DNA from: an uncultured Lichenihabitans sp.
Lineage (GTDB): Bacteria > Pseudomonadota > Alphaproteobacteria > Rhizobiales > Beijerinckiaceae
Assembly: GCA_964243405.1 (NCBI GenBank)
Contig: CAXTFJ010000005.1
Coordinates: forward strand, 9,882-73,881
Length of the DNA stretch: 64,000 nucleotides
Reading direction: 5' to 3'
The translations under genes and the position numbers were made by a program. Every line of letters begins with the position of its first letter. The stretch's first letter is position 1. Below the pieces are notes generated by a model that made no database searches, was not told the origin of the DNA, and saw only the letters and a program-made list of their open reading frames with translations. This document shows, piece after piece, positions 47,448 through 57,410 of this stretch.

Positions 47448-48557
47448 ATGGCCATCCCTTCCGACTCTGTTTGTCTCTCCCGCCGCAGCCTCCTGAAAGC
47501 CGTACCTGCGGCTGGGGCTGCAGCCTTGCTCGCGGGCGCGCCGCGGGCCCGCGCGGCGGGTGAGGAGATCACGATCTTCACCTGGGAAACCTATCAGGAT
47601 GACGACTGGCTGAAGGAGTGGACCGCCAAGTCGGGCATCAAAGTCAACGCGATCCGGACCGGATCCGCGGACGAGATGTACGCCAAGCTCCGCTCGGGCG
47701 CCGTCGAAGCCGACATCGTCTACTTCGACATCGGCTCGATCCCCCGCTACGTCGAAGCCAACCTCATCGCGCCGGTCGACGTCGGCAAGGTGTCCAACGC
47801 CTCCAGCATCACGTCCGGGCTGAAGTGGCAGGACCGCTGCACGGTCGGGGGCAAGGTCATGGCCATCCCCTACAATTGGGGAACCCAGCCCCTGATGTTC
47901 AACACGAGCGCCGTCCCGCCAAAGCCGGATTCGTGGGCAGTGCTGTGGGACAGCAAATACGCCGGCAAGGTCAACCTGCCGGACGCGTCCGACATCAGCA
48001 TCCCCATGGTGGCCCTCTACGTGGGCGCCAAAGACCCTTACAACCTCTCCGACGCGGAGTTCGACAAGGTCGCCCAGGCCCTTAGGGACCTGCGGCCGCA
48101 GTTGCGCACCATCGCACGCGGCTTCGACGACGCGACGGTGATCTACGCGTCCGGCGACGCGGACCTGGGCTATTGCCAGAACATCTCGGAAGTCTTCCAA
48201 CTCCAGGGCCAGGGCAAGCCGTTCGACTACGCCTTTCCCAAGGAGGGCACCCCGACCTGGATCGACTGCGCGATCCTGACCAAGAAGGGGGCGGGCCGGC
48301 AGGTCGTCTACGATTTCATCAACGAGAACCTGACGCCGGCCTGGCAGGCCCGCTTCATCAAGACGTCCCTGAACAACGGCGTCCTGAGCGCCGCCACGGC
48401 CACATCGGCTGGCGTGCCGGAAGACGTGCTGAAGAAAACCAATATCCCGGCGCAGAACGATCCGGCGTTCTGGAGCAAGATGTCCCTGCTCCAGAATCCC
48501 AACAACCTCGACCGGCGGCTCGAGATCTGGAACGCCTTCAAGGCCGGCACCCTCTGA
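47448..48557 (+). CDS. PotD/PotF-like substrate-binding protein with Tat signal
   Basis: SRRSLLK, IPYNWG, SWAVLWD and PKEGTPTWID. Confidence 0.9.
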   Translation: MAIPSDSVCLSRRSLLKAVPAAGAAALLAGAPRARAAGEEITIFTWETYQDDDWLKEWTAKSGIKVNAIRTGSADEMYAKLRSGAVEADIVYFDIGSIPRYVEANLIAPVDVGKVSNASSITSGLKWQDRCTVGGKVMAIPYNWGTQPLMFNTSAVPPKPDSWAVLWDSKYAGKVNLPDASDISIPMVALYVGAKDPYNLSDAEFDKVAQALRDLRPQLRTIARGFDDATVIYASGDADLGYCQNISEVFQLQGQGKPFDYAFPKEGTPTWIDCAILTKKGAGRQVVYDFINENLTPAWQARFIKTSLNNGVLSAATATSAGVPEDVLKKTNIPAQNDPAFWSKMSLLQNPNNLDRRLEIWNAFKAGTL

Positions 48558-48577
48558 GCAACGCGGGAGGCCACGCC

Positions 48578-49726
48578 GTGCAGAGCGCTTCCCTGACCAC
48601 CGACCGCTCCACCGAGGCCGGGATCGAGAGCCTGTCCGCGCCCGTGGGCGCGGCCGGCACCGTACGGCTCGAGGGCGTGTCCAAAACCTATGCTGGCGCA
48701 ACCAGCGTGGCCCTGCACCCCATCGACCTCGGCATCCGGGCCGGCGAGTTCTTCTCGATTCTCGGGCCGAGCGGCTCCGGTAAGACAACCACGCTCCGGC
48801 TGATCGCGGGTTTCGAGCGGCCCGACACGGGCGCGGTCGTGCTGGGTGGCGAGGATGTGACCGCCCGCCCGCCGAACAAGCGAGACGTCAATACCGTCTT
48901 CCAGAACTATGCCCTGTTTCCGCACCTCACGGTGGCGGCGAACATCGCCTATCCGCTGCGGATGAAGGGGATCGCGGGCGGTGAGGTCCGGCGCCTTGTG
49001 GCCGAAGCGTTGGAACTCGTCGAAATGGTGGGCTTCGAGACGCGACTGCCCCACCAGCTGTCGGGCGGCCAGCGGCAGCGTATCGCGCTTGCCCGCGCGC
49101 TTGTGGGCCGCCCCAAGGTGCTGCTGCTGGATGAGCCGCTGGGCGCGCTGGACCTGCGGTTGCGCCAGCAGATGCAGCACGTGCTCACCTCGCTGCAGGC
49201 GCGGCTCGGCCTCACCTTCGTCTACGTCACCCACGACCAGGGCGAGGCGCTGTCGATGTCGGACCGCGTAGCGGTGATGAACCACGGCCGCGTCGAACAG
49301 ATCGGTACGCCCGAGGACCTTTATTACTCGCCCCGCAATGACTTCGTGGCCGGGTTTGTGGGCAAGTCGAACCTGCTGGATGTGCAGGTCCGCACCAGCG
49401 GCGAGCGGTTCGAATCGGCGGTCGCGGGCCGCGCCTTCGCGCTGCCCCAGGCCACTTGCGAGGGGAGGGCCAAGCTCGTCGTGCGGTGCGAAAATGTCGC
49501 CCTGTCGGCGGAGCCCGCGGCGGACGACGCCCTCTGCCTGCCCGGCACGGTCCGGGACGTGCTGTTCCTGGGGACGGCCCTGGAAGTGTCGCTGGATTGC
49601 GGCGGCACCGACCTTGTCGCCCTGGTGCCGGCACGGCGGGAACGGGCGCTGGCGGCCGGCGACACCGTGTGGTGCTGCGTCCAGGCGAAAGACATGGTGG
49701 TGCTCCATGACCAGCACACCGTCTAA
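48578..49726 (+). CDS. PotA-like ABC ATPase
   Basis: [22 protein letters not shown] and VTHDQ. Confidence 0.93.
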   Translation: MQSASLTTDRSTEAGIESLSAPVGAAGTVRLEGVSKTYAGATSVALHPIDLGIRAGEFFSILGPSGSGKTTTLRLIAGFERPDTGAVVLGGEDVTARPPNKRDVNTVFQNYALFPHLTVAANIAYPLRMKGIAGGEVRRLVAEALELVEMVGFETRLPHQLSGGQRQRIALARALVGRPKVLLLDEPLGALDLRLRQQMQHVLTSLQARLGLTFVYVTHDQGEALSMSDRVAVMNHGRVEQIGTPEDLYYSPRNDFVAGFVGKSNLLDVQVRTSGERFESAVAGRAFALPQATCEGRAKLVVRCENVALSAEPAADDALCLPGTVRDVLFLGTALEVSLDCGGTDLVALVPARRERALAAGDTVWCCVQAKDMVVLHDQHTV

Positions 49727-51461
49727 TCTCTACCTCCCGGCAGGACGCAAGCTGTCGCCGCCAAAAGTCCGCTGGCCCGCGGCCGCCACCGCGGCACGCT
49801 GGCCCGTCTACGCTTGGCTCCTCGCCTTCGTGGTCGCGCCCAACCTCCTGCTGCTGCTGACGAGCTTCATGCACGCATCTGGCGGCGTGGTGGTCTACGT
49901 GCCGACGCTTGCCAACTATGCCTCGGTGTTCACGTCCCGCACCGTGCAGGTCCTCGCCTTCAAGACGCTGCTCATGTCCGCGGGCGCGGCGCTGCTGGCG
50001 ACCATGATCGCCTATCCGATGGCCTATGCGATCAGCAGGCTGCTGCGGGGCGGCAAGACCGTGGCGGCCGTCATGGTCGTGATCCCCCTCTGGATCAGCC
50101 TGCTCATGCGCGACTTCGCCTGGCGCGTGATCCTGGGCGAGCGCGGCCTGCTCAACACCGTCCTGGTGCAGGGCGGCGTGCTCGCCAAGCCGAGTTCCCT
50201 CTTCCTGTACACGCCTTGGTCCGTGGTGCTCACGCTGACCACTGTCGCCATCCCCTACGTCTTCGTCGCCGCCTACACGGCTATCGAGCGCGTCCCGTTC
50301 AGCCTAGTGGAGGCCGCCCGCGACAACGGCGCGTCCCCCCTGCGTACCTTCACGACCGTGGTTTGGCCCCTGACGCGGCAGGGCACGGCGATCGGCATGG
50401 CGCTGGCCTTCCTCATATCGGCGGGCGACTACGTCACGCCCTCCATGGTGGGCGGCATCGACGGCACCACGCTCGGCATGGTGGTCTCGTCGCAGTTCGG
50501 CATCGTGGGCAACTGGCCGCTCGGCTCCGCGATGGCCGTCTATCTCCTCGCGCTGGTGGTCGCGGTGCTGGGCGTGCTGTTCGCCTGCACCCGCTCGGAA
50601 GGTGTCCTCACCGAAGTGGATGCCGGCGCGGCGCCGCACGTCGTCCGGTGGAGCGGACTGAGCGCTCCGGGCAAGCTCGGCCGGGTCGCGGGCCGGATAG
50701 CGCTGGGGCTGCCCTACCTGCTGCTCTACGCGCCGCTGGCCGTCATCGGCCTGTTCTCGTTCAACGACGCCACCACGCAGTCGCTGCCGCTCAAGGGACT
50801 CACTCTGCGATGGTACCTGGGTCTCCCCGCCGACGGCAGCCTCCTCGACGCCCTGTGGCGCACCCTTGAACTCGCCTTCACGGCGACGGCAATCGCCGCG
50901 GTGGTGGGCACGGGCTTCGCCTTCGTCTTCGCCGGCTGGCCCGGACGCGTGTCGGCGCTCGTGGGAGGTCTTGTGGCGCTTCCACTCGCGATCCCGGGTG
51001 TCGTGCTCGGCATTTCCATGGTCATGGCCACCTCCGCGCTCGGCCTGCACCCCGGTATGGGCCGGCTCGTCCTCGGGCACCTCGTTTTCGTGATGCCGGT
51101 GGTGATGCTCGTCGTGTCCGCGCGGCTGCGCCGGGTCGATCCGAGTTTTGCGCTGGCCTCCAGGGACCTCGGCGCCGGGCTCTGGCAGACGTTCTGGAAG
51201 ATCCAGCTGCCCATGGTCCGCGGCGCGGTTATCGGCGGGGCGCTGCTGGGCTTCACGATGTCGATGGACGAGGTCGTGGTGACCCTTTTCCTCAGCGGCG
51301 CGCAGCCGACGTTGCCCGTCTACGTGTGGAACCAGACGCGCTTCGGCTTCACACCGTCGGTGAACGCGATCTTCTCCTGCGTCGGCGTCGTCTCGCTCGC
51401 ACTGATCGTCGCGGCGCAAGTCCTGATCACACCGGCGGGCAGCCGCACCAAAGGCCCTTGA
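49707..51461 (+). CDS. Fused double ABC permease (PotB-like + PotC-like)
   Basis: Two EAA-type loops (EAARDNGA; ASRDLGA) in one continuous frame. Confidence 0.88.
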   Translation: MTSTPSNLYLPAGRKLSPPKVRWPAAATAARWPVYAWLLAFVVAPNLLLLLTSFMHASGGVVVYVPTLANYASVFTSRTVQVLAFKTLLMSAGAALLATMIAYPMAYAISRLLRGGKTVAAVMVVIPLWISLLMRDFAWRVILGERGLLNTVLVQGGVLAKPSSLFLYTPWSVVLTLTTVAIPYVFVAAYTAIERVPFSLVEAARDNGASPLRTFTTVVWPLTRQGTAIGMALAFLISAGDYVTPSMVGGIDGTTLGMVVSSQFGIVGNWPLGSAMAVYLLALVVAVLGVLFACTRSEGVLTEVDAGAAPHVVRWSGLSAPGKLGRVAGRIALGLPYLLLYAPLAVIGLFSFNDATTQSLPLKGLTLRWYLGLPADGSLLDALWRTLELAFTATAIAAVVGTGFAFVFAGWPGRVSALVGGLVALPLAIPGVVLGISMVMATSALGLHPGMGRLVLGHLVFVMPVVMLVVSARLRRVDPSFALASRDLGAGLWQTFWKIQLPMVRGAVIGGALLGFTMSMDEVVVTLFLSGAQPTLPVYVWNQTRFGFTPSVNAIFSCVGVVSLALIVAAQVLITPAGSRTKGP

Positions 51462-51536
51462 ACGCACGGCCCGGCGAGGGAGATCGCCGGACTCGCATCG
51501 CCGGACCCAGAGGCGGATAAATCCCGTCCCGGACAC

Positions 51537-52616
51537 ATGAGGGAAACCCGCTTGACCATAGAACAATCGCCTTTCGGCACCCACGCGGGAAAGCCGGTCA
51601 CCGCCTACAGGCTGTCGAACGCGAATGGCTTGTGCGCGAGCCTGATCGACTTCGGCGCGCGCCTGACGCAGATGGTCGTCCCCGACAAAGCGGGTACGCC
51701 GGCCGACATCGTGCTGGGCTTCGACGACCTCGCGGCTTACGCGGCGACGGACACCTATTTCGGCGCGACCTGCGGACGCTACGGCAATCGCATCGCGGGC
51801 GGTCGCTTCATGCTCGACGGGACAACCGTCCAGGTCACCGTCAACGAGGGGCCGAACCACCTGCACGGTGGCCGGGTCGGCTTCGACAAGCACGTCTGGG
51901 ACGCTCAACCGGACGAGGCCCGAAACGCCGTCACCTTCTCGCTCGCCTCGCCGAACGGCGACGAGGGATTTCCCGGTACCCTGAAGCTGCAGTCCACCTA
52001 CCAGCTGACCGACGACGACCGGCTGCTGATCACCATGACGGGCACGAGCGACAAGCCGACGATCCTCAACATGGTCCACCACTCGTATTGGAACACGGCC
52101 GGTGATGCATCGGGCGACGTGTGCGGCCAGCTCCTCACGGTTCACGGCGACTTCTACACGCCCGTCGACGAGCAACTGCTCGCCACCGGCGAGATCCTTG
52201 GCGTGGTCGACACCCCCTTCGATTTCCGGACCGAGAAGGCGATCGGGCAGGACATCGGATCCATCGCCAACGCCGGCTTCGGACGCCTGTCGGGAGAGGG
52301 CGGCGGCTACGACCACAACTGGGTGCTGAACGGCTTCGGGCCTGGCCTGCGGCCGGTGGCGACGTTGCGGGACCCGGTTTCCGGCCGCGGCTTCACCCTC
52401 GCCTCGACGGAGCCGGGCGTGCAGATCTACACGGGCGGCTACCTGAGCGCCGCGGTGACCGGCAAGGGCAGCAAACCCTATTGCAAATACGCGGGCGTCA
52501 CCTTCGAGACCCAGAAGTTCCCGGGCTCGCCCACCTTCGCCCACTTCCCGTCGACCCGGCTCGATCCCGGCGACACCTACCAGCACCGCATGGAACTCCG
52601 CTTCTTCGCGCGCTGA
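51537..52616 (+). CDS. galM: Aldose 1-epimerase (mutarotase)
   Basis: GRYGNRI, NHLHGG, HSYWN, GYDHN and FETQ. Confidence 0.92.
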   Translation: MRETRLTIEQSPFGTHAGKPVTAYRLSNANGLCASLIDFGARLTQMVVPDKAGTPADIVLGFDDLAAYAATDTYFGATCGRYGNRIAGGRFMLDGTTVQVTVNEGPNHLHGGRVGFDKHVWDAQPDEARNAVTFSLASPNGDEGFPGTLKLQSTYQLTDDDRLLITMTGTSDKPTILNMVHHSYWNTAGDASGDVCGQLLTVHGDFYTPVDEQLLATGEILGVVDTPFDFRTEKAIGQDIGSIANAGFGRLSGEGGGYDHNWVLNGFGPGLRPVATLRDPVSGRGFTLASTEPGVQIYTGGYLSAAVTGKGSKPYCKYAGVTFETQKFPGSPTFAHFPSTRLDPGDTYQHRMELRFFAR

Positions 52617-52629
52617 CCGGAGGCCACTC

Positions 52630-54345
52630 ATGTCCGAAGCAAACACCTACGACGCGATCGTCATCGGCGCTGGCCACAACGGCCTCGTTTGCGCCAACTA
52701 CCTGGCCCGGGCCGGGCTGAAGGTCGTGGTTCTCGAGGCCCGTCACGTGATCGGCGGCGCTTGCGTGAGCGAGGAGCTCGTTCCGGGTGCGACGTGGTCG
52801 TCGGCGTCCTTCATCCAGGGCATGCTGCGCCCGGAAGTCATGGCCGACCTGGAATTGGCGAAATACGGCCTCGTTTCGAAATCGCCCGACACGCAGGGCT
52901 TCGCGCTGTGGCCGGACGGCGACCACCTGTTCCTGTACAAGGACCTCGACCGGACGCTGGCCTCCATCAACAAGCACAGCCCCGGCGACGGTGAGAACTT
53001 CCTGCGCTTCGCCTCGCGCATGAAGCGGTTCGGCGACGTGACGCGCGACGTGCTCCTGTCGGAGCCGCCGACGCGGTCGGAGTTCATCAAGCTGTTCGAG
53101 GACGAGGGCGAGCAGGAGCTGCTGCAGGACTTCGTGTTCTCCTCGGCGCGCGACCTCACCGCCAAGTACATAAAATCCGAGCGGCTGCAGGGCTACATGA
53201 CGTTCCTGGGCATGGTATCGACCTGGGGCGGCCCGTCCACGCCCGGCACCGCCTATGTCTACGGCTACCACGCCCAGGGCGAATACGACGGCGTGCTGGG
53301 GCGCTGGGCGCTACCCGTGGGCGGCATGGGCGCAATCACGCGAGCGCTCGCGGCGGGAGCGGTGGCGCACGGCGCGGTGATCCGCACCGATGCGCCGGTG
53401 GAGAGCGTCCTCGTGCGTGGCGGCGCGGCCGTGGGCGTGGCCCTGCGCTCGGGCGAGGAGTTCGAGGCGCCCCTGGTGGTCTCCAACGCCGACCCCAAGC
53501 GGTCGTTGACCAAGTTCCTCGACCGGAAGCTGCTGCCCGACCGCGTATGGAAGGCGGCCGAAGCCATCGACCAGCGGGGATCGATGGCGCGCATCCACCT
53601 GCTGATCGACGAACTGCCCCGCTACGTGGGTTTCGACCGCACAATGGTGGGCCCGGAGCACCAGTCGCACACCATCCTGGGCGCCACTCCCGAGATTTAC
53701 GAGAAAGCCTGGGAAGCGCAGCGGCGCGGTACCTTCGCGGATGAATACGTGATCGAGGCGTTGATCCACTCGGTCACGGACCCCTCTGTTGCGCGCGAAG
53801 GTCAGCACACGCTGAGCCTGGGCGTTCAGCAGCTGCCCTGCGAGCTCGCCGATGGGACGTGGGACGACCACAAGGAGGCCTGGGCCGACAAGGTCGTGGA
53901 CACGCTCTGCACCTACGCGCCCAACCTCAGGAATCACATCCTGGGCCGCTGCGTCCTGTCCCCGCTCGACTGGGACCAGGAGTACAACCTGACCGGCGGC
54001 AACATCTTCCAGGCCTCGATGGTGGGGCTCGACCAGCTCATGGACGCGCGCCCCTCCTGGGCCTGCGGCCACTACAGGACGCCGATCGCGAACTACTACC
54101 TGTGCGGCGCCGGAACGCACCCGGGCGGCGGCGTCACCGGGGCGCCCGGCCACAACGCCGCCGCGCGCATTCTCGCCGACCTCCGGGGCGAGCACGACGT
54201 GCGGCAGGTCCGCACGCGCGCCGGTGGCAAGACCATGATCGACAGCATCATGGAGACCGGTCTCGGCCAAAAGCTCGGCTACCAGATCGCCAAGTCGCGC
54301 GGGCTGCGATCGCTGACGAGCCAGTTCTCGAAAACCAAGCGCTGA
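52630..54345 (+). CDS. Phytoene-desaturase-like FAD oxidoreductase (COG1233)
   Basis: IGAGHNGL, GGMGAIT, GGNIFQ and GAGTHPGGGVTGAPG. Confidence 0.88.
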   Translation: MSEANTYDAIVIGAGHNGLVCANYLARAGLKVVVLEARHVIGGACVSEELVPGATWSSASFIQGMLRPEVMADLELAKYGLVSKSPDTQGFALWPDGDHLFLYKDLDRTLASINKHSPGDGENFLRFASRMKRFGDVTRDVLLSEPPTRSEFIKLFEDEGEQELLQDFVFSSARDLTAKYIKSERLQGYMTFLGMVSTWGGPSTPGTAYVYGYHAQGEYDGVLGRWALPVGGMGAITRALAAGAVAHGAVIRTDAPVESVLVRGGAAVGVALRSGEEFEAPLVVSNADPKRSLTKFLDRKLLPDRVWKAAEAIDQRGSMARIHLLIDELPRYVGFDRTMVGPEHQSHTILGATPEIYEKAWEAQRRGTFADEYVIEALIHSVTDPSVAREGQHTLSLGVQQLPCELADGTWDDHKEAWADKVVDTLCTYAPNLRNHILGRCVLSPLDWDQEYNLTGGNIFQASMVGLDQLMDARPSWACGHYRTPIANYYLCGAGTHPGGGVTGAPGHNAAARILADLRGEHDVRQVRTRAGGKTMIDSIMETGLGQKLGYQIAKSRGLRSLTSQFSKTKR

Positions 54346-54388
54346 GCCGAAGCTGCCGCGAGCCGGACCCCGACGAAGGAGACAACAG

Positions 54389-55171
54389 GTGGAACGTGAG
54401 ATCCTCGCCAACGGGGCGCGCTACCCGAGCCTGCGCGACAGGGTCGTGTTCGTGACGGGCGGCGCGTCTGGCATCGGGCGCAGCATCGTCGAGCACTTCC
54501 ACGACCAGGGCGCCCAGGTCGCTACCGTCGACATCGCCGAGCAGGCCGGCCGGGAGTTGGCCGCGACCTTGGGCGCGCGCGGCGGCCACGAGCCCTATTT
54601 CGAGGCCTGCGATCTGCGCGACGTTGACGCGCTCGGCGCCGTTATCGCGCGCGTGGGCGACACGCTCGGCCCGGTCACGGTTCTCGTCAACAATGCCGGC
54701 AACGACGACCGCCACACGCTGGATGAGGTGACCCCGGCCTATTTCGACGATCGGGTCGCGGTGAACCTCAAGCACCAGCTCTTCGCCGCCAAGGCCGTCC
54801 GCCACCAGATGCGGGCGGCGGGCGGCGGCTCGATCATCAACTTCTCGTCCATCACCTGGATGGTGGCCGACGGCGACTGCCCCGTCTACGTGACCTCCAA
54901 GGCCGCCGTGGTGGGCCTCACGCGGGCGCTCGCCACCGAACTCGGGCCCGAGAAGATCAGGGTCAACGCCATCGCGCCCGGTTGGGTAATGACGGAGCGG
55001 CAGGTATCGCTGTGGCTTGACGAGAAGGGCGACCAGCAGATCGACGACCGCCAAGCCCTGAAGGGTCGCCTGCACTCCCCCGACATTGCCCGCATGGCCC
55101 TGTGGCTCGCGGCCGACGACAGCCGGATGTGTTCCAAGCAGACGTTCATTGTTGATGCAGGATGGATCTAA
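54389..55171 (+). CDS. SDR, aldose (xylose-type) dehydrogenase-like
   Basis: TGGASGIG, NNAGNDDRH, YVTSK and GWVMTERQ. Confidence 0.85.
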   Translation: MEREILANGARYPSLRDRVVFVTGGASGIGRSIVEHFHDQGAQVATVDIAEQAGRELAATLGARGGHEPYFEACDLRDVDALGAVIARVGDTLGPVTVLVNNAGNDDRHTLDEVTPAYFDDRVAVNLKHQLFAAKAVRHQMRAAGGGSIINFSSITWMVADGDCPVYVTSKAAVVGLTRALATELGPEKIRVNAIAPGWVMTERQVSLWLDEKGDQQIDDRQALKGRLHSPDIARMALWLAADDSRMCSKQTFIVDAGWI

Positions 55172-55329
55172 TACCAAGCTGCGCTGATCACGACCAAAAC
55201 CGCGACCCGTGAGTCAGATCGGACGCATGTTGGTATGGGCAGGATCTTCGCATTTCCCAACCCGGGCTTTTCGCCGCCTCCCTCTACGGACTTCGGTTGA
55301 CCGAGGAGGGCTGTCACCGCTCCGCCGCA

Positions 55330-55660
55330 AGAACGACGTGGTCGCGATCGACCCCAGCGAGGAGCCCCGCGCGGGCGACCCGGTCGTCCTCTTCATAAAG
55401 GCAACGGACGGCCGCGTTGTCGTCGAGTGTGTGCGGCTCACGCTGGACATCATGCCGGGGCTCTCTTTCGCAGTCGATCGTGCGCCCGCTCGGACATCAT
55501 GCCGGTCGTCACCCTTCGGACGCTCACGCCTCGGCGGGGCTACGCGATGCCGACGCGCACGGGTGGGCTGTCCACGCGGGGGAGACACGCGCCCTCGGAT
55601 CTCGTCAGGGTGGCAGCTACCTGAAGGTCGAGGCCGTCCACTACATCATCGGCGCCGAAC
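55330..55660 (+). pseudogene. Probable S24/phage-repressor C-terminal remnant
   Basis: DVVAIDPSEEPRAGDPVVLFI...DGRVVV and, in another frame, KVEAVHYIIG. Confidence 0.4.
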
Positions 55661-55826
55661 CCCGGTGCCCGAACCTCATCGTCGACAAGCGCAACGAGGT
55701 GGATGGGTAGGTTACCCTGGCTTCCGAAGCCCGGCCGCGGTCGTGCGGCCGGCTTCAGCCTGCCTCCCATGCGCTTCCCAAATCGAAATCGTCGGAAGCA
55801 GAAAGGCCAAATTCTTCAATGAAAAC

Positions 55827-55903
55827 TGGCGCGCTCGAAGAGATTCGAACTCCTGACCCCCAGATTCGTAGTCTGGTGCTCTATCCAGCTGAGCTACGAG
55901 CGC
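55827..55903 (-). tRNA. tRNA-Arg(ACG)
   Basis: GCGCTCG acceptor stem, CCAGA-CT-ACG-AA-TCTGG anticodon arm, GTTCGAAT T-loop and encoded CCA. Confidence 0.97.
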
Positions 55904-56210
55904 GCGCTCCGAAACCAAGACGCAGCACGGTTCCGATCGCCGCTAGGTAGCGGCTCCGGCGCGAGTTGGCAACAACGAAACAGGAGCTGTGGTCGGCGTC
56001 GCGCCCTCCGAATCGCGCGTTCCTGGTGGTGGAACAACCTTGGCGCAGACCGGCGATGCCCTTGGTACCGCGTCAGCCGAAAGAACGACCGTGCCCGCCC
56101 GCCCCAACCCGGGTTCGGAGACGTCGCCGGTTACCCCTGGCCTTGCACCCCACTGAGGGATTTGTTAGACGGGCCGCCTGCTGGAGCCGGGATCCCCGCT
56201 TCCAGGTCTT

Positions 56211-56295
56211 GCGGCCATGGCGGAATTGGTAGACGCGCTAGCTTGAGGTGCTAGTGGGGAGACCCGTGGAGGTTCGAGTCCTCTTGGCCGCACCA
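56211..56295 (+). tRNA. tRNA-Leu(GAG)
   Basis: GCGGCCA acceptor stem, CTAGC-TT-GAG-GT-GCTAG anticodon arm, long variable arm, GTTCGAGT and CCA. Confidence 0.97.
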
Positions 56296-56303
56296 CTCTG
56301 ATT

Positions 56304-57410
56304 TTATCCTATTGTTTTCATTGACGTTTTGTCGCTCGCTCCCGCACCTGACAATGAGGTGCGGGAATAGAGGTCGCCCGTTCGTTCTCCGGCGGACATC
56401 TTCGACATCGCTTCGATCGCAAGCCGACGCCTGTTGGCCGCCCGCGTGTAGAGCGCCGCCATGCCGCCGCCGTGCCAGCCGAAGATGGCCTCGAGCTGCG
56501 CCTCGCTCGCGCCGTTCTCAGCCGCGCGCGTCGCGCCCAGCTTGCGCAGGCCGTGAGCCGATCCGCTCACCCCTGCCGCGTTGCACGTGTCCCGGAACCA
56601 GTTGCCGAACGACTCCTTCGTCATTGGGCGGCCACCCGCGCCGGTGATGAACGCGAGGTCGGTCGAGGGCGCAGCCGCAAGACTGGTCGCGAGCTCGGGA
56701 AGCACGGGCAGGACGACGACCTGACCGGTTTTCGCCGTCCGAAACGTGATCACGCCGTCCCGGAGATGCTGACGGCCGAGCTGCGCGAGGTCGCCGCGGC
56801 GCAGGCCGGTATAGAGGGCCAGATCGAACGCCAGGCGCTCGCGCGTGCCGAGAGGCCAACGGGCCTCGAAACGGACGACCTCGTCTTCCGTCCACACCTT
56901 GAAGCCTTCCGTGCGGGGCTTGACGGCCTTGACGCCCTCGGTCGGGTCGGTCGTCACATGATCCGCGCCATAGGCCCAGCGGAACAGCCCGCGCATTGCG
57001 TCGAGGAAATTCTTCGCCTGGAACGGCGTGTCCTTCCGGCGATCGACGCCCGCCTGCACGGCCTTGCGGGTAATGGCCGCGAACGGCTTGTCGCCCGATT
57101 GGTCGAGCACATGCCGGAAGATGGCCTCGCGCTGCTTGCGCGTCGCCATCGACAGAACCATCCACGCCTGGGTTTCACGGTAGCGTTCGATCAGCCACTT
57201 CAGCGAGCCGGTCGGCGCACGCTTGCTTGCCGTGGTCGGCAGGTCGCCGGCCACGGCTGCCCTGTAGGCTTCATCGAAGGCCGGAGTGCCGTAGTCCGCC
57301 TTGATCCGTATGCGCGGGCCCCGATTCACGCGGACGTACCAGACGAGCGTCCCGTGGCGTGTGCGTTCGTGCTGGAGGTGCGGAGGGCGGGGACGGGGCA
57401 TGTCACCCAT
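56304..57410 (-). CDS. int: Tyrosine recombinase/phage integrase
   Basis: YTGLRRGD (R), TAK (K), HGLRK (HxxR), FGW and ALYTR (Y); N-terminal arm-binding-like region. Confidence 0.95.
   Translation of the reverse strand: MGDMPRPRPPHLQHERTRHGTLVWYVRVNRGPRIRIKADYGTPAFDEAYRAAVAGDLPTTASKRAPTGSLKWLIERYRETQAWMVLSMATRKQREAIFRHVLDQSGDKPFAAITRKAVQAGVDRRKDTPFQAKNFLDAMRGLFRWAYGADHVTTDPTEGVKAVKPRTEGFKVWTEDEVVRFEARWPLGTRERLAFDLALYTGLRRGDLAQLGRQHLRDGVITFRTAKTGQVVVLPVLPELATSLAAAPSTDLAFITGAGGRPMTKESFGNWFRDTCNAAGVSGSAHGLRKLGATRAAENGASEAQLEAIFGWHGGGMAALYTRAANRRRLAIEAMSKMSAGERTGDLYSRTSLSGAGASDKTSMKTIG

Noticed and set aside
47448-51461. potABCD (spermidine/putrescine) symbols
   Set aside because: The fold family is clear but substrate specificity is not supported; neighbours are sugar-oxidation genes.
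50304-52646. 780-aa minus-strand ORF and similar long antisense ORFs (7183..9162, 21293..23119, 44852..46624, 28439..30373)
   Set aside because: Antisense mirrors of well-supported genes, with typical shadow composition and no motifs.
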